Notes: generated from the sequence alone by a model not told the origin. A DNA stretch of 48,823 nucleotides from Candidatus Nomurabacteria bacterium (GCA_016186435.1 JACPLQ010000008.1:1-48823), one strand, 5' to 3'. Shown: positions 20,285-30,033, numbered from the stretch's first letter. Made by a program: numbers and translations.

Positions 20285-21790
20285 TTATTTTAGTAAACCT
20301 TTTAATAATTTTAAAACTATTTTGGGGTTTGCGCTGCCTTTTGTTTCTTTTATAACTTTACCCACGAGCGACATTACCGCATTTTCTTTTCCGGATTTAT
20401 ATGAAGATATTATTTCAGGGTTTTCCGAAATGACTTTTATAGCAATAGTTTTTATCGCATCTTCATCGCTACTACTTTGAAGCAAGTTTTTCTCTGTTGC
20501 GATTTTGAGTGGTGATTCGTCTCCCAACACAATTATTGCCAGTATGTCCTTTGCTCCTCGAGAAGAAATTTTATTTTCAGTTATAAGGTTTACTAGCTCT
20601 GCAAAATTCTCCCCCGTCGGGTGTTGGACACCCGCATTAGACTTTTTCAGTCCTATGTAGTCTGTCGTTATGTAGTTTGACGCAGTTTTTATCTTCTCTT
20701 TATCATTAAGAATTTTCGCAACATCTTCAAACCACGCGCCGAGAGTCATATCGTTAATATATACTTCAATATCTTCATCTTTAATGCCAAAATCTTTTTG
20801 ATATCTCGCTCGCTTCTGCGCCGGCAATTCCGGTAATTCTTTTTTCATTTTTTCCAAATCCCAGCCAGAGGCTGGTCCGCCTTTGGCGGAAAATGTCCCA
20901 TGTAAAAACATTTTTGGCAGGTCAGGATCCGGAAAATATCTATAGTCTGCGCTTCCTTCTTTCTTTCTCTGTGAATACGTCTGTTGTTTATTTTCGTCCC
21001 AACCTCTGGTTTCCTGCACTATTTCACCTCCCTTTCCGGCTTCCATGAGCTCTGTCATTCTGCCTACTTCATACTTAATTGCCCGCTCCACGCTTCTAAA
21101 AGAGTTTAAGTTTTTTACTTCTACTTTTGTGCCGAGAATTTTCGGGTCTGCAGATATAGAAATATTGGCCTCTACTCTCATTTCTCCTTTTTCCATGTTC
21201 GCTTCCGATACATCCAAATACCAAAGTATAAGCTGAAGCTCTTTTGCAAACTTTATCGCTTTTTTCGCCGTTTCTTCAGTAGTTTCGAAAGTGTGCGGTT
21301 CGGTCACGAGCTCCATAAGCGGTACTCCGGCACGATTAAAATCAATTAAGGAATATCCGTTGTCGCGGGTGTTGGACACCTGAATCTCTTGGTGTCCAAC
21401 ACCCGCGAAGTGCTTGTTATTTGCTGTGTCTTCTTCCAAGTGTATGCGGGTGACATCCATATCTGCCAATCGCCCGCCCGAAACTATAGGATATTTATAC
21501 TGGGATATTTGGTAGCCCTTGGGAATATCGGGATAAAAATAATTCTTGCGGTCAAATTCGGTAAAATCTGCAATAATGCCATCTATCGCCAGACCTACTT
21601 TGATGACATTTTCTATGGCCTTTTTATTGGGCACGGGTAAAGCCCCGGGGTGCGCCATGCACACAGGGCAGATATTGACATTTGGTTTTTCCTCGTCCGG
21701 ATCATTCCTGCAAGAGCAAAACATCTTTGTCTGCGTCTTCAGTTCTGCATGTATTTCGAGCCCAATTGTAGGATAATATTTATTCGGCAT
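20285..21790 (-). CDS. gatB: Asp/Glu-tRNA amidotransferase subunit B
   Basis: IGLEIH, FDRKNYFYPD, HLEED, VEVKNLNS and YRYFPDPDL motifs. Confidence 0.98.
   Translation of the reverse strand: MPNKYYPTIGLEIHAELKTQTKMFCSCRNDPDEEKPNVNICPVCMAHPGALPVPNKKAIENVIKVGLAIDGIIADFTEFDRKNYFYPDIPKGYQISQYKYPIVSGGRLADMDVTRIHLEEDTANNKHFAGVGHQEIQVSNTRDNGYSLIDFNRAGVPLMELVTEPHTFETTEETAKKAIKFAKELQLILWYLDVSEANMEKGEMRVEANISISADPKILGTKVEVKNLNSFRSVERAIKYEVGRMTELMEAGKGGEIVQETRGWDENKQQTYSQRKKEGSADYRYFPDPDLPKMFLHGTFSAKGGPASGWDLEKMKKELPELPAQKRARYQKDFGIKDEDIEVYINDMTLGAWFEDVAKILNDKEKIKTASNYITTDYIGLKKSNAGVQHPTGENFAELVNLITENKISSRGAKDILAIIVLGDESPLKIATEKNLLQSSSDEDAIKTIAIKVISENPEIISSYKSGKENAVMSLVGKVIKETKGSANPKIVLKLLKGLLK
20861..20890. 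repeat. 30-bp twin-hairpin element in-frame in gatB
   Basis: CCAGCC-AGA-GGCTGG + TCCGCC-TTT-GGCGGA, encoding SAKGGPASGW. Confidence 0.9.
21363..21408. repeat. Inverted GGTGT-TGG-ACACC doublet in-frame in gatB
   Basis: Perfect 18-bp arms with a 10-nt spacer. Single copies at 20618-20634 and 43507-43531. Confidence 0.9.
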
Positions 21791-21846
21791 AACTTAAAAT
21801 ATAATAACATATTTAAAAAAAAAAATTTTAAACTTAAACAATATTG

Positions 21847-21878
21847 TTACCATTTTTAACATATGTAAAAGATAGTAA
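21847..21878. repeat. 32-bp imperfect palindrome downstream of the PaaX-like gene
   Basis: TTACCATTTTTAACAT|ATGTAAAAGATAGTAA; sister copy at 22484-22515. Confidence 0.75.
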
Positions 21879-21883
21879 GAAAG

Positions 21884-22453
21884 CTAATTTTTTGATTTAA
21901 AGGTTCCATTTTTTGTTACTTCTAAAATTTCCACGTAATCAAGAATTCCTAATCTATTTAAATCACTGACAAATCTCTCGGGTAACAATACTTTACCAAT
22001 CCATACGCTCTTGTGAATTAAATCAAAACCGAGTATTTGCAAAATATCTCTCAAAATATTTCTTTCTCTATTAAAGGCTATTGGTATGTCATAACTAATG
22101 ATCACAGCACTCTTACCTACTTTCTTTTTATAATCTTCTTTGTTTGATAAAGGAGAATTTTTAAATTTTTTCAATTTCTTTTTGCCCTTTTCGCTTAAGT
22201 AAATTTGTTTTGATTCATTTTCTGAAATTAGTCCGCTATTTTTAAGCTTTGCTAAATAATTTTTAAATTTTAATATCTTTTCTTTTTCTAACTGTTTACT
22301 TATTCTTTTGTCTTGTAATTTTGAAAATTCATAATTTATTTTTCCACCTGTTGCACCGTATCCAGCTTTAAGAAAAGCACTAGTAAAATCAAATTGATCA
22401 AGTACCGCATCATCTAAAGAATTTAAAATCTTATATAATATTTCTCCTTTCAT
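21884..22453 (-). CDS. PaaX-like wHTH + Cas2-like C-terminal domain protein
   Basis: wHTH wing (LSEKG) followed by ISYDIP...R..LR..L..LGF..IHKSVW. Confidence 0.8.
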   Translation of the reverse strand: MKGEILYKILNSLDDAVLDQFDFTSAFLKAGYGATGGKINYEFSKLQDKRISKQLEKEKILKFKNYLAKLKNSGLISENESKQIYLSEKGKKKLKKFKNSPLSNKEDYKKKVGKSAVIISYDIPIAFNRERNILRDILQILGFDLIHKSVWIGKVLLPERFVSDLNRLGILDYVEILEVTKNGTFKSKN

Positions 22454-22483
22454 TTTATATATAATACAACATTGTCAAAGATA

Positions 22484-22515
22484 TGACTACTTTAGACATA
22501 TGTCAAAGATAGTAA
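22484..22515. repeat. 32-bp imperfect palindrome upstream of the PaaX-like gene
   Basis: TGACTACTTTAGACAT|ATGTCAAAGATAGTAA. Confidence 0.75.
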
Positions 22516-22562
22516 TGGGGAAAATTCTGTACTATTGAAGTATGTTTTAAGTCTTATTATTG

Positions 22563-23564
22563 CTATTTTAAGATTTTTGCCAATTCATCATTAAACTTCT
22601 TTACCATTTTATCATCATACAGCGAAAGCGCAAAAACTTTTTTTGATATTTTTTTGAATTCTGCCAATTTTTTATCTATTGTTTTCTGATCTGTCGTATC
22701 GCTTTTGGTGAGGATTATAATCTCTTCTTTTTCATCTAAACCGTTTCCGTATTTTTTTAATTCCCTCCGCACCTGCTTATAGCGAGCCAGCATTGAGGAT
22801 TTCCCTGCCCCGTACTGAGACGAAATCTCTAGTTCGGGGTCAAAAGAGACAAGATGCGCCAGCATCTTTGTGCGCTTGATATGGCGCAGGAATTTAATAC
22901 CAAGGCCTTTCCCTTCTGACGCTCCTTCTATTATTCCCGGAATATCAGCGATGATGTATCCATAAAAATCTCCCAAGTTCGGACCAAGAGTGGTAAAAGC
23001 ATAGTCGCCCACTTTCGCGTCCGCGTTTGTAAGCGTATTTAAAAGCGAGCTCTTCCCGGCGTTCGGAAGCCCAATAAGCCCGATATCGGCAAAAAGCTCC
23101 AGCTCTATCCTGAAAGTCCCTTTCTCGCCCTCTTGTCCCTCGCGAGATTCTTTCGGCGTAGTATTCGTAGAGCTTTTAAAGTGTTCGTTGCCGAAGCCTC
23201 CGTATCCACCTTTTAAAATTAAAAATTTCTCTCCTTCTTCGGATAGCTGCCAAGTCTCATCTGTACTTAAGTTTGTAATTACAGAGCCTATCGGCAATTC
23301 CAATAAAAAATCTTCTCCGTTCTTGCCGTGCAGACTTTTATTTCCGCCGTCTTCGCCTCTGCCAGCAGAAAATTCTTTTTTTGCTTTATATTTTGAAAGT
23401 ATATGAATGTCTCGCACAGCTTTCACGAAAAAATCTCCGCCTCGTCCGCCGTCTCCGCCTGAAGGACCGCCTTTTGGCACAAATTTCTCCTGCCTCCAGC
23501 GCACAACGCCATTCCCGCCTCGTCCAGCAGCGGCTTCTATTTTCATTTCATCTATAAAAGGCAT
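22563..23564 (-). CDS. obgE: GTPase Obg/CgtA
   Basis: Gly-rich Obg fold, GLPNAGKSS, YAFTT, DIPG and TKSD motifs. Confidence 0.97.
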   Translation of the reverse strand: MPFIDEMKIEAAAGRGGNGVVRWRQEKFVPKGGPSGGDGGRGGDFFVKAVRDIHILSKYKAKKEFSAGRGEDGGNKSLHGKNGEDFLLELPIGSVITNLSTDETWQLSEEGEKFLILKGGYGGFGNEHFKSSTNTTPKESREGQEGEKGTFRIELELFADIGLIGLPNAGKSSLLNTLTNADAKVGDYAFTTLGPNLGDFYGYIIADIPGIIEGASEGKGLGIKFLRHIKRTKMLAHLVSFDPELEISSQYGAGKSSMLARYKQVRRELKKYGNGLDEKEEIIILTKSDTTDQKTIDKKLAEFKKISKKVFALSLYDDKMVKKFNDELAKILK

Positions 23565-23566
23565 CC

Positions 23567-24484
23567 CTATGATTCTACAGCAATTTGCGCCAATTTAATA
23601 GCCCCAACTTTCGACTTAGCTCCTGCCAGCCACAAGCCGCGATGACAAAATAGGGCGTCAGCGACACCAGAAACATTTACAAAATCTTCATCTGAAAGTC
23701 CAGCCCAGAGCTTTGGCATATTTTTTCTGTTATTAAAACTTTTCGGGTCTTGTCGTATAGCTTTTACACCCCATGTACCGCTGGTTTTTCTGGGATAAAC
23801 TGCAAAAAGCGGCTCCGGAAAAGTCCAAAGCATATACTCAAAGGGATAATTTTTTTCTAAAACAATAATTCGCTTATCCTCGGTTTTATTGTAAACGGAG
23901 ATTACCGCTTCCTCAGCTTCCAGTGTATCTTGCGCCTGAACAATTTCCCGCAATAAGATATTTTTAGCCAGTTCTACGCATTTTAAAAACATGTCATCAA
24001 TATTTACGTCTTCCTCTTTCCACGTGGGCGACATCGCAAAAAAAACATTTTGCAGATAATATGGAGCAACATCGTATTTATTTTCCACTAAATCAAAACC
24101 ATTGTCCCATGCGTCTATTGGGGCGCAGAGACGCTTTTCAATAATTTCTGCCGCTTTTTTAGAACCGGCAATTTTTTCTCCGAATTTTTTCCAAACAAGT
24201 CCCATGGAAGAATATTCTATATTGCGCGGGCTTTTGCCCGCGCCTCCCACCTGATGATGATCAAAAAGATTTTTACTCTCATCGTATATTCCGCCTATGT
24301 CGTACACAAAGTCGCCGGTTTTCCAGACTTTCGGATCTCGGCTCCTGATTATCTCAAAAGAAATATTTTCTCTCTCAAGCATTATAGACAGAGCGGCAGA
24401 TGCAAAAATATCGTCGGCGTGAAAAGCGCCGTCGTGGGTAATCAACTTTTTACTTAGTATTTTTCGTGAATTAGTTTCTGTCAT
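23567..24484 (-). CDS. MYG1-family DHH exonuclease/hydrolase
   Basis: THDGAFHADD, DIGG, FDHHQ and FCH motifs. Start set at MTETN. Confidence 0.9.
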   Translation of the reverse strand: MTETNSRKILSKKLITHDGAFHADDIFASAALSIMLERENISFEIIRSRDPKVWKTGDFVYDIGGIYDESKNLFDHHQVGGAGKSPRNIEYSSMGLVWKKFGEKIAGSKKAAEIIEKRLCAPIDAWDNGFDLVENKYDVAPYYLQNVFFAMSPTWKEEDVNIDDMFLKCVELAKNILLREIVQAQDTLEAEEAVISVYNKTEDKRIIVLEKNYPFEYMLWTFPEPLFAVYPRKTSGTWGVKAIRQDPKSFNNRKNMPKLWAGLSDEDFVNVSGVADALFCHRGLWLAGAKSKVGAIKLAQIAVES

Positions 24485-25076
24485 TGTAATATTCTTCAAA
24501 TAATTCATAAATCCAGCTGACCAATTTATCAAACAGGATAAATATGAGCACGAGAACCATGACTACCATGGAAAATCTCCATATCTCCTTGCTTACCCTT
24601 AGCGCAGTATAGCTGAAAACATACCCGAGAGAAAGGAGAAATGGCGCCCAGATCAGAGTAGCCAACGCTTCTGCTTTAAAATATTTTTTGTAGTTTACCT
24701 TTTCATACCCGCAGAATATGATGACTACATTGTTTGCTCCAATTATAAATTTTGAAATAAAAATAGACCAAAATGGCTTTGCCTTAAATTTCGGCAGAAG
24801 TCCGTAAACCCGTTTTTGAATATAGCTGAAAAATTTGTGATGATTGAATTTTCTGAACAAGAATTGCCCGAGCTTGTATCCGAAAAAAGTCTTGGCGATT
24901 CCGCCCATTAGTATGAACACGAGCGCGAGAAAAATATTCAGCGCGCCCAAGTGAGCGAGCACTCCGGCAAATATTATTACAAATTCGCCTTCAAAAATAA
25001 TTCCAAGGAAAATAATCGCATATACCAGAACTTGATTATGCTCCACTAAGCGAGTAATAAGATTTACTGTATGCAT
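24471..25076 (-). CDS. DedA/VTT membrane protein
   Basis: EGE...AG.L, GY.LG and SKFI.G motifs with multiple TM helices. Confidence 0.85.
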   Translation of the reverse strand: MHTVNLITRLVEHNQVLVYAIIFLGIIFEGEFVIIFAGVLAHLGALNIFLALVFILMGGIAKTFFGYKLGQFLFRKFNHHKFFSYIQKRVYGLLPKFKAKPFWSIFISKFIIGANNVVIIFCGYEKVNYKKYFKAEALATLIWAPFLLSLGYVFSYTALRVSKEIWRFSMVVMVLVLIFILFDKLVSWIYELFEEYYNDRN

Positions 25077-25080
25077 TTCT

Positions 25081-25365
25081 TTATTGTAAATAAGTTTCCA
25101 AAATCTTAATCTCGGCTTCTTCTTTATCAACTAAGTCCTGCCGGTTCCCCTGCTTAAACAATTCTATCGCTTTTTTACCTTTTTTTACCATGCGTTTAAT
25201 TACAGTAAGCGCGTCTTCATCTGATAGTATTTCATTCGGCTTTCTGTTTTTGCTCACAAGCTCATTGGTAAAAGCAGAAACCATTCCCCGATACGTCTCC
25301 AGCTTCACGCTATCTTTGGCCATCATGGCTTCTTTTATTCCATTTTTTATTTGTTCATGCAACAT
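25081..25365 (-). CDS. YqeY/GatB-domain protein (short form)
   Basis: KEAMMAKD, R.DL..KE.AE..ILE.YL; ends after the N-terminal lobe. Confidence 0.85.
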   Translation of the reverse strand: MLHEQIKNGIKEAMMAKDSVKLETYRGMVSAFTNELVSKNRKPNEILSDEDALTVIKRMVKKGKKAIELFKQGNRQDLVDKEEAEIKILETYLQ

Positions 25366-25469
25366 ACGAAAAAATTATACGAACCCAACGAAAACCTACG
25401 AAAATTTTCGTAGACTTTCGCGACTTTCGCATGATTTTAGTATATCACAATTTATGTTAGAATAGCACT

Positions 25470-26186
25470 ATGGTAAAACTCATATTTTTTGATACGGAGA
25501 CCACGGGAAATACAGAAAAAGATTTTTTGGTTCAGATTGCCTATAAGACAGACAATGAAAGTTTTGCGGAGCTTTACCAGCCACCGATTAAAATCCCTCC
25601 TGAAGCCTCCGCCGTGCACCATATCACCAATAAAATGGTGGCTGATAAGCCGACTTTCAAAGAGAGCACCGACCAGCCGATAATCAAAAAACTTTTTGAA
25701 GATAAGAATTCTATTGTTGTCGCCCACAACGCGCCTTTTGATCTTATGATTATCGCCAAAGAAGGCATCGTTCCTAAAAAATTTATCTGCACGCTCCGAG
25801 TGGCCCGCGAGCTGGACCCCGAAAGCAAAATAGAGCGCTACAATCTGCAGTATCTGCGTTATCTTTTAGATATAGAAATAGAAGCTATGGCTCACGATGC
25901 GCTCGGCGACGTTTTAGTATTAGAAAAACTTTTTGAGCGGCTAAAAAATAAAATAATGTCAGAAGAAAACGTAAATGAAGAAAGGGCTATAGCAAAAATG
26001 GTAGAAATTTCTTCGCACCCGTCGCTTTTCAGAACTATGAACTTTGGCAAGCATAACGGCAAGAAGATAGAAGAAGTGCTGGCCTGCGACCGCGGATATC
26101 TGGAATGGCTCTTGGCGCAAAAACTGGAAAGCGACCAGATAGAAGATGATTGGATTTATACTTTACAGCACCATTTGAAAAAATAA
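25470..26186 (+). CDS. DEDDh 3'-5' exonuclease (ExoX-like) with C-terminal FGKH domain
   Basis: DTETTG, AHNAPFD, HDALGD and FGKHNG...YLEWL motifs. Confidence 0.9.
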   Translation: MVKLIFFDTETTGNTEKDFLVQIAYKTDNESFAELYQPPIKIPPEASAVHHITNKMVADKPTFKESTDQPIIKKLFEDKNSIVVAHNAPFDLMIIAKEGIVPKKFICTLRVARELDPESKIERYNLQYLRYLLDIEIEAMAHDALGDVLVLEKLFERLKNKIMSEENVNEERAIAKMVEISSHPSLFRTMNFGKHNGKKIEEVLACDRGYLEWLLAQKLESDQIEDDWIYTLQHHLKK

Positions 26187-26270
26187 AGTTTTAAGATATA
26201 GTACATCTCGAAATAAGTAAAAAAGAAGGGTCTCCTTCGGGCGGCTCTTCATTTATGCTAGAATATAAAT

Positions 26271-27251
26271 ATGGAAAACGCTTTTTGGATAATTATTGGG
26301 CTAGTTGTCGGCGGGATTTTTGCCTATTTTATTTTTAATAAAAAAAAAGAAGAAAAAAAGGAAGACAACTCTCCCCTGCTTATGTTGCAGCAGCAGATGG
26401 CAGAGCTTACCCGCGAGGTCAATAGGAGCCTTATTGATGTGGCGCGCGAGCAAACCAAGACCAACGAAGCCACGCGGCAGTTCATTACCATAGCGGACAA
26501 GCTGGGTGACCTGGAGAAAACTTTGAAACACCAGAAACAGCGCGGCAACTGGGGCGAAGCTTCTTTGGAATTAATTCTTTCCAATACACTGGCTCCTGGA
26601 CAATTTAAAATGCAGTATGAATTTAAAAATAAAGAAGTAGTGGACGCTGTTATAATAACCAAGGAAGGAATTATTCCTATAGATGCAAAATTCTCACTTG
26701 ATAATTATGACCGCGTGGTGCATGCCATAGATGAGCGCCAGCGCGAAGAGCTTGAAAAAGAATTTAAAAGCGACCTAAAAAAGCGCATTGACGAAACCGC
26801 GAAGTATGTCCGCCCCGAAGAAGGCACGCTCCCCTTCGCATTTATGTACATTCCAGCAGAAGCTATTTATTATGACCTTCTTGTAAACGAAGTCGGCTCT
26901 ATAAAAGTAAATACCCGCAATTTAATAGACTACGCATACAATGATAAAAAAGTTATAGTGATATCTCCGACGACATTTATGGCATATCTGCAGTCTGTAC
27001 TGTACGGCTTCAAAGCATTTAAAATTGAGGAGTCTGCAAAAGAAATAATAAAAAAAGTGGAGGATCTGGGCAAGCATTTGAAATCTTACGACGAATACCA
27101 CACCAAACTCGGTAACGCCCTCGGCACCGTGGTCAACCACTACAACGCTTCCAATAAAGAGCTGAAAAAAATTGATAAAGACGTCTTGCGCATCTCTGGC
27201 GCTTCGCCGGAAATTGCGTTATTGGAAGTGGAGAAACCAAAAGCGGAATAA
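26271..27251 (+). CDS. rmuC: DNA recombination protein RmuC
   Basis: N-terminal TM, RGNWGE, PIDAKF, FAFMYIPAE and SPTT motifs. Confidence 0.93.
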   Translation: MENAFWIIIGLVVGGIFAYFIFNKKKEEKKEDNSPLLMLQQQMAELTREVNRSLIDVAREQTKTNEATRQFITIADKLGDLEKTLKHQKQRGNWGEASLELILSNTLAPGQFKMQYEFKNKEVVDAVIITKEGIIPIDAKFSLDNYDRVVHAIDERQREELEKEFKSDLKKRIDETAKYVRPEEGTLPFAFMYIPAEAIYYDLLVNEVGSIKVNTRNLIDYAYNDKKVIVISPTTFMAYLQSVLYGFKAFKIEESAKEIIKKVEDLGKHLKSYDEYHTKLGNALGTVVNHYNASNKELKKIDKDVLRISGASPEIALLEVEKPKAE

Positions 27252-27254
27252 GAA

Positions 27255-27278
27255 AGGCGGTCGCTTGCGCGACCGCCT
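27255..27278. terminator. Hairpin terminator between convergent genes
   Basis: AGGCGGTCGC-TTGC-GCGACCGCCT, followed by TTCTT on the minus strand. Confidence 0.7.
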
Positions 27279-27335
27279 GTGAGAGTGATCAGGACTCTCG
27301 GCCCGAGCAGAGAGATATTGCTCTGCCGCAATTAT

Positions 27336-28037
27336 TCAATCACTCGGCGGAGTAAGCCGTGGGCGTGGAGTTGTCGCCCACTCCGGCAACAATCCGAGCT
27401 CCTCTGGCGTAAACCAGTAGAGGGCATCGGCCTTATCCATGCCCTCCTCCGACCGGAACTGCTGTTTGTAATGTTTCAACAGCAGTTTCCTCAAGTCATC
27501 GCTGATTTGAGGTTTCTCCACTCCGCTTTCGCGGAGCGAGGAAGTCAGAACACCGATAAGACCCCCGGTGTGGCTGGGGGTCAGCGTACCGTCGCAGGTG
27601 CGGCTCCATTCGTTTTCAAGTTGCTGTCTGCGAGACAAAGGAAGAAGGAGAAGTTTCTCTAAATCTTTCGCAAACAGTGTGGCCGACTCGCGGTATTTAT
27701 GTACTGCATAATCCTTACTCACGCCCGCAGTTTTCCAGTCCGTATCGCTGGCACTGGAAACCGCATAATTCATGTCGATGAGGCTCACATACTGGTTGCA
27801 CAAGACGTCATTCCACCCCATTGTGCTCTCCAGTGGAACTGATGACTTAGCAGATCCGAAAACCCGCCTTATAAGCCTGACTCCCCTTTCAGACTTGTAA
27901 TTAACAGTCTCAGTCACTGCCGCGGACGCGGCAGATGTATCTGTCGCCATCTCCCTCGCCGGGCCGACTGGCTCGGCGTTGCAAGCGATGAGGACGAAAG
28001 TGAAAAGAGCGAGCGTGAAGATTAAAAGTTGTTTCAT
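27336..28037 (-). CDS. Orphan exported protein with lipobox-like signal
   Basis: MKQ + hydrophobic core + LIAC; AGGAGG upstream. Confidence 0.7.
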   Translation of the reverse strand: MKQLLIFTLALFTFVLIACNAEPVGPAREMATDTSAASAAVTETVNYKSERGVRLIRRVFGSAKSSVPLESTMGWNDVLCNQYVSLIDMNYAVSSASDTDWKTAGVSKDYAVHKYRESATLFAKDLEKLLLLPLSRRQQLENEWSRTCDGTLTPSHTGGLIGVLTSSLRESGVEKPQISDDLRKLLLKHYKQQFRSEEGMDKADALYWFTPEELGLLPEWATTPRPRLTPPSD

Positions 28038-28053
28038 TTGGCCCTCCTAAACT

Positions 28054-28350
28054 TTAGTGCAGCAGATTGAAAATTCCCCACACGATGAAGGTGACGGGGA
28101 TGGCGAAGAGGACGAGTCCCCGGAGCGAGGGAACGTTAACGAAGATTCCCTCGGAGAACGAGTATAAGTTGTCGACTTTGCACTTCCGACAACTCTCTTT
28201 CCTGCCCCAATGATACCGCCATTCGCGAACCTCTCGTCTTTCCCCCATGAAAGTACCCGCCAGGGTACTTTGGACAGGATACCTGATTTTCCCCGTCCCG
28301 ACACGCCCAACGTGACTCCATAGAGTATCATAAAACTTACGATTGGCCAT
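28054..28350 (-). CDS. Orphan protein with C-terminal TM
   Basis: ATG at 28350 with GAGG upstream; ends 16 nt before the next gene. Confidence 0.55.
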   Translation of the reverse strand: MANRKFYDTLWSHVGRVGTGKIRYPVQSTLAGTFMGERREVREWRYHWGRKESCRKCKVDNLYSFSEGIFVNVPSLRGLVLFAIPVTFIVWGIFNLLH

Positions 28351-28579
28351 GACAAAACCTCTTCTTTCTAGCAACGCAGTTCTTTCTGACTCGTCATGAG
28401 TTGCCCTTCTTTTGGCAAAGAACTGTCTGCTTATTGCATTACAGCATTTTGTATTTATTTGTCAAACTTGAGTGAGGTAAAATAAAATATGAAAATGAAA
28501 AAACAGCAGCGGGTCTTTGGTTAGCTACATAGCATACTTCAAAATAAAATGTTATATTTTTTCTGCAAGTCGTTTATTG

Positions 28580-28654
28580 GGCCCTATCGTCTAGCGGCTA
28601 GGACGTATCCTTCTCAAGGATAAAACCAGAGTTCGATTCTCTGTAGGGTCACCA
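28580..28654 (+). tRNA. tRNA-Glu(CTC)
   Basis: GGCCCTA/TAGGGTC acceptor, TATCC-TTCTCAA-GGATA anticodon arm, CAGAG-TTCGATT-CTCTG T arm. CCA encoded. Confidence 0.95.
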
Positions 28655-28687
28655 CAGAAAAATTTAAATGTAAAGTGATGCTAGTTT

Positions 28688-28987
28688 TTATCCGGTAACT
28701 AGCAATTCCGGGACCTCTGCGGTAATAGTGATGCGTTCCGATTTTTTTTCGGCGGCTTTGTTGACCGCAGAGATTATGCCGACCGCCTTTACCTGGCAAC
28801 TGCAGGAATTTTCCCCATAAACGGCAATGTAACAGCCGTTGAGGGAAAAACTTCCCCGGTAGTATTCCAGGCGAATTCCTTCCACTTCCGCCTGGAAAAT
28901 TTGGACACTGGTGGAAACAAACCCATTTTCCCCTGCCACGAAGACTTCGTGGACAAAGACATATTCCGCACTGTCCAATATGGACAT
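28688..28987 (-). CDS. Orphan protein (99 aa)
   Basis: AAAGGAG SD before the ATG and a TATAAT upstream. Confidence 0.6.
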   Translation of the reverse strand: MSILDSAEYVFVHEVFVAGENGFVSTSVQIFQAEVEGIRLEYYRGSFSLNGCYIAVYGENSCSCQVKAVGIISAVNKAAEKKSERITITAEVPELLVTG

Positions 28988-29044
28988 GGTATCTCCTTTC
29001 TACGTACTGTTCAAAAGCGATTATACTACCATTGATTTCAAAAG

Positions 29045-29530
29045 CTAGAGATAGCTGTCAAACCAGATGGCGTGGCAAGTGTAGCCGGCTGGATTCTTTT
29101 GTAAGTAATCCTGGTGATATTCTTCCGCTTCGTAAAATTCCCCTAAGGGCTCCAGCGTGGTCACCACCGGGCTCGGCCATCTTTTTGACTTATTTACAAT
29201 ATCTATAAAATTTTCCGCTTCTTTTTTCTCTTCATCGTTCGCGTAAAAAATAGCGGAGCGGTATGAAGTTCCCCTGTCATTTCCCTGCTGATTCAGCGTC
29301 GTCGGATTGTGAATCTGAAAGAAAAAGTCCAGAAGTTTTTTACAAGAAGTTTGCGCGTCGTCATACTCTATCTCCACCGCTTCCGCATGGCCGGGGTGGT
29401 TTTCATAAGTCGGATTTTCATTCTTGCCGCCCGTATAGCCCACACGAGTTTTTATCACTCCCGGCTGTTTCCGTATAAGCTCCTGCAAACCCCAAAAACA
29501 TCCTCCTGCGAATATTGCTTTTTTAGTCAT
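29045..29530 (-). CDS. msrA: Methionine sulfoxide reductase A
   Basis: GGCFWG, GHAEAV and AEEYHQDY motifs. Confidence 0.97.
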   Translation of the reverse strand: MTKKAIFAGGCFWGLQELIRKQPGVIKTRVGYTGGKNENPTYENHPGHAEAVEIEYDDAQTSCKKLLDFFFQIHNPTTLNQQGNDRGTSYRSAIFYANDEEKKEAENFIDIVNKSKRWPSPVVTTLEPLGEFYEAEEYHQDYLQKNPAGYTCHAIWFDSYL

Positions 29531-29569
29531 GATTGATTTTTAAAGAGTGAAACGACTATAAAAATCATC

Positions 29570-29627
29570 ACCCTGTTAAATAAAATCTTTTTGATTTTAA
29601 TTTTTGGGAAAAATTATTTAACAGGGT
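29570..29627. mobile_element. MITE-like 58-bp element with 14-bp terminal inverted repeats
   Basis: ACCCTGTTAAATAA ... TTATTTAACAGGGT in the msrB-msrA spacer. Confidence 0.65.
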
Positions 29628-29652
29628 TTTTAAAATATATTCGCTGCGCTCA

Positions 29653-30015
29653 TTATTTTAATAAAAATTTCATAGAAACCGAATTCACGCAGTGACGAAG
29701 ATTTTTTGGAGTTATGCCTTCTCCGGTAAAAAGATGCCCCAGATGCCCGCCGCATTTGGCGCAAGTAATTTCTGTACGCACCCCGTCGGCATCCAGACTT
29801 TTTTTTATCGCTCCAGAAATTTCATCATCAAAAGAAGGCCAGCCGCAGTTTGATTCAAATTTATCTTTTGAATTGTAAAGGGGCGCCTCGCACTGCCGGC
29901 AGACATACACGCCAGTCGCTTTGTTGTTCACATACTCGCCCGTAAAAGGCAATTCTGTACCCTTGTCTATGATCACTCTCTTTTCTTCCGGAGTTAACTT
30001 ATTTAAATTGCTCAT
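29653..30015 (-). CDS. msrB: Methionine sulfoxide reductase B
   Basis: GTE.PF, GWPSF, HLGHLF and RHCVNS motifs. Confidence 0.97.
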   Translation of the reverse strand: MSNLNKLTPEEKRVIIDKGTELPFTGEYVNNKATGVYVCRQCEAPLYNSKDKFESNCGWPSFDDEISGAIKKSLDADGVRTEITCAKCGGHLGHLFTGEGITPKNLRHCVNSVSMKFLLK

Positions 30016-30033
30016 GAAAATATTTTAGCATAT

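Noticed and set aside
21847-22515. CRISPR locus suggested by a Cas2-like domain and 32-bp repeats
   Set aside because: There are only two repeats, separated by a whole gene, with no spacers and no cas1 or effector genes.
28377-28425. Hammerhead ribozyme (TGACGA...GAAA on the minus strand)
   Set aside because: The core reads AUGACGA rather than CUGANGA, there is no stem II, and the junction spacing is wrong.
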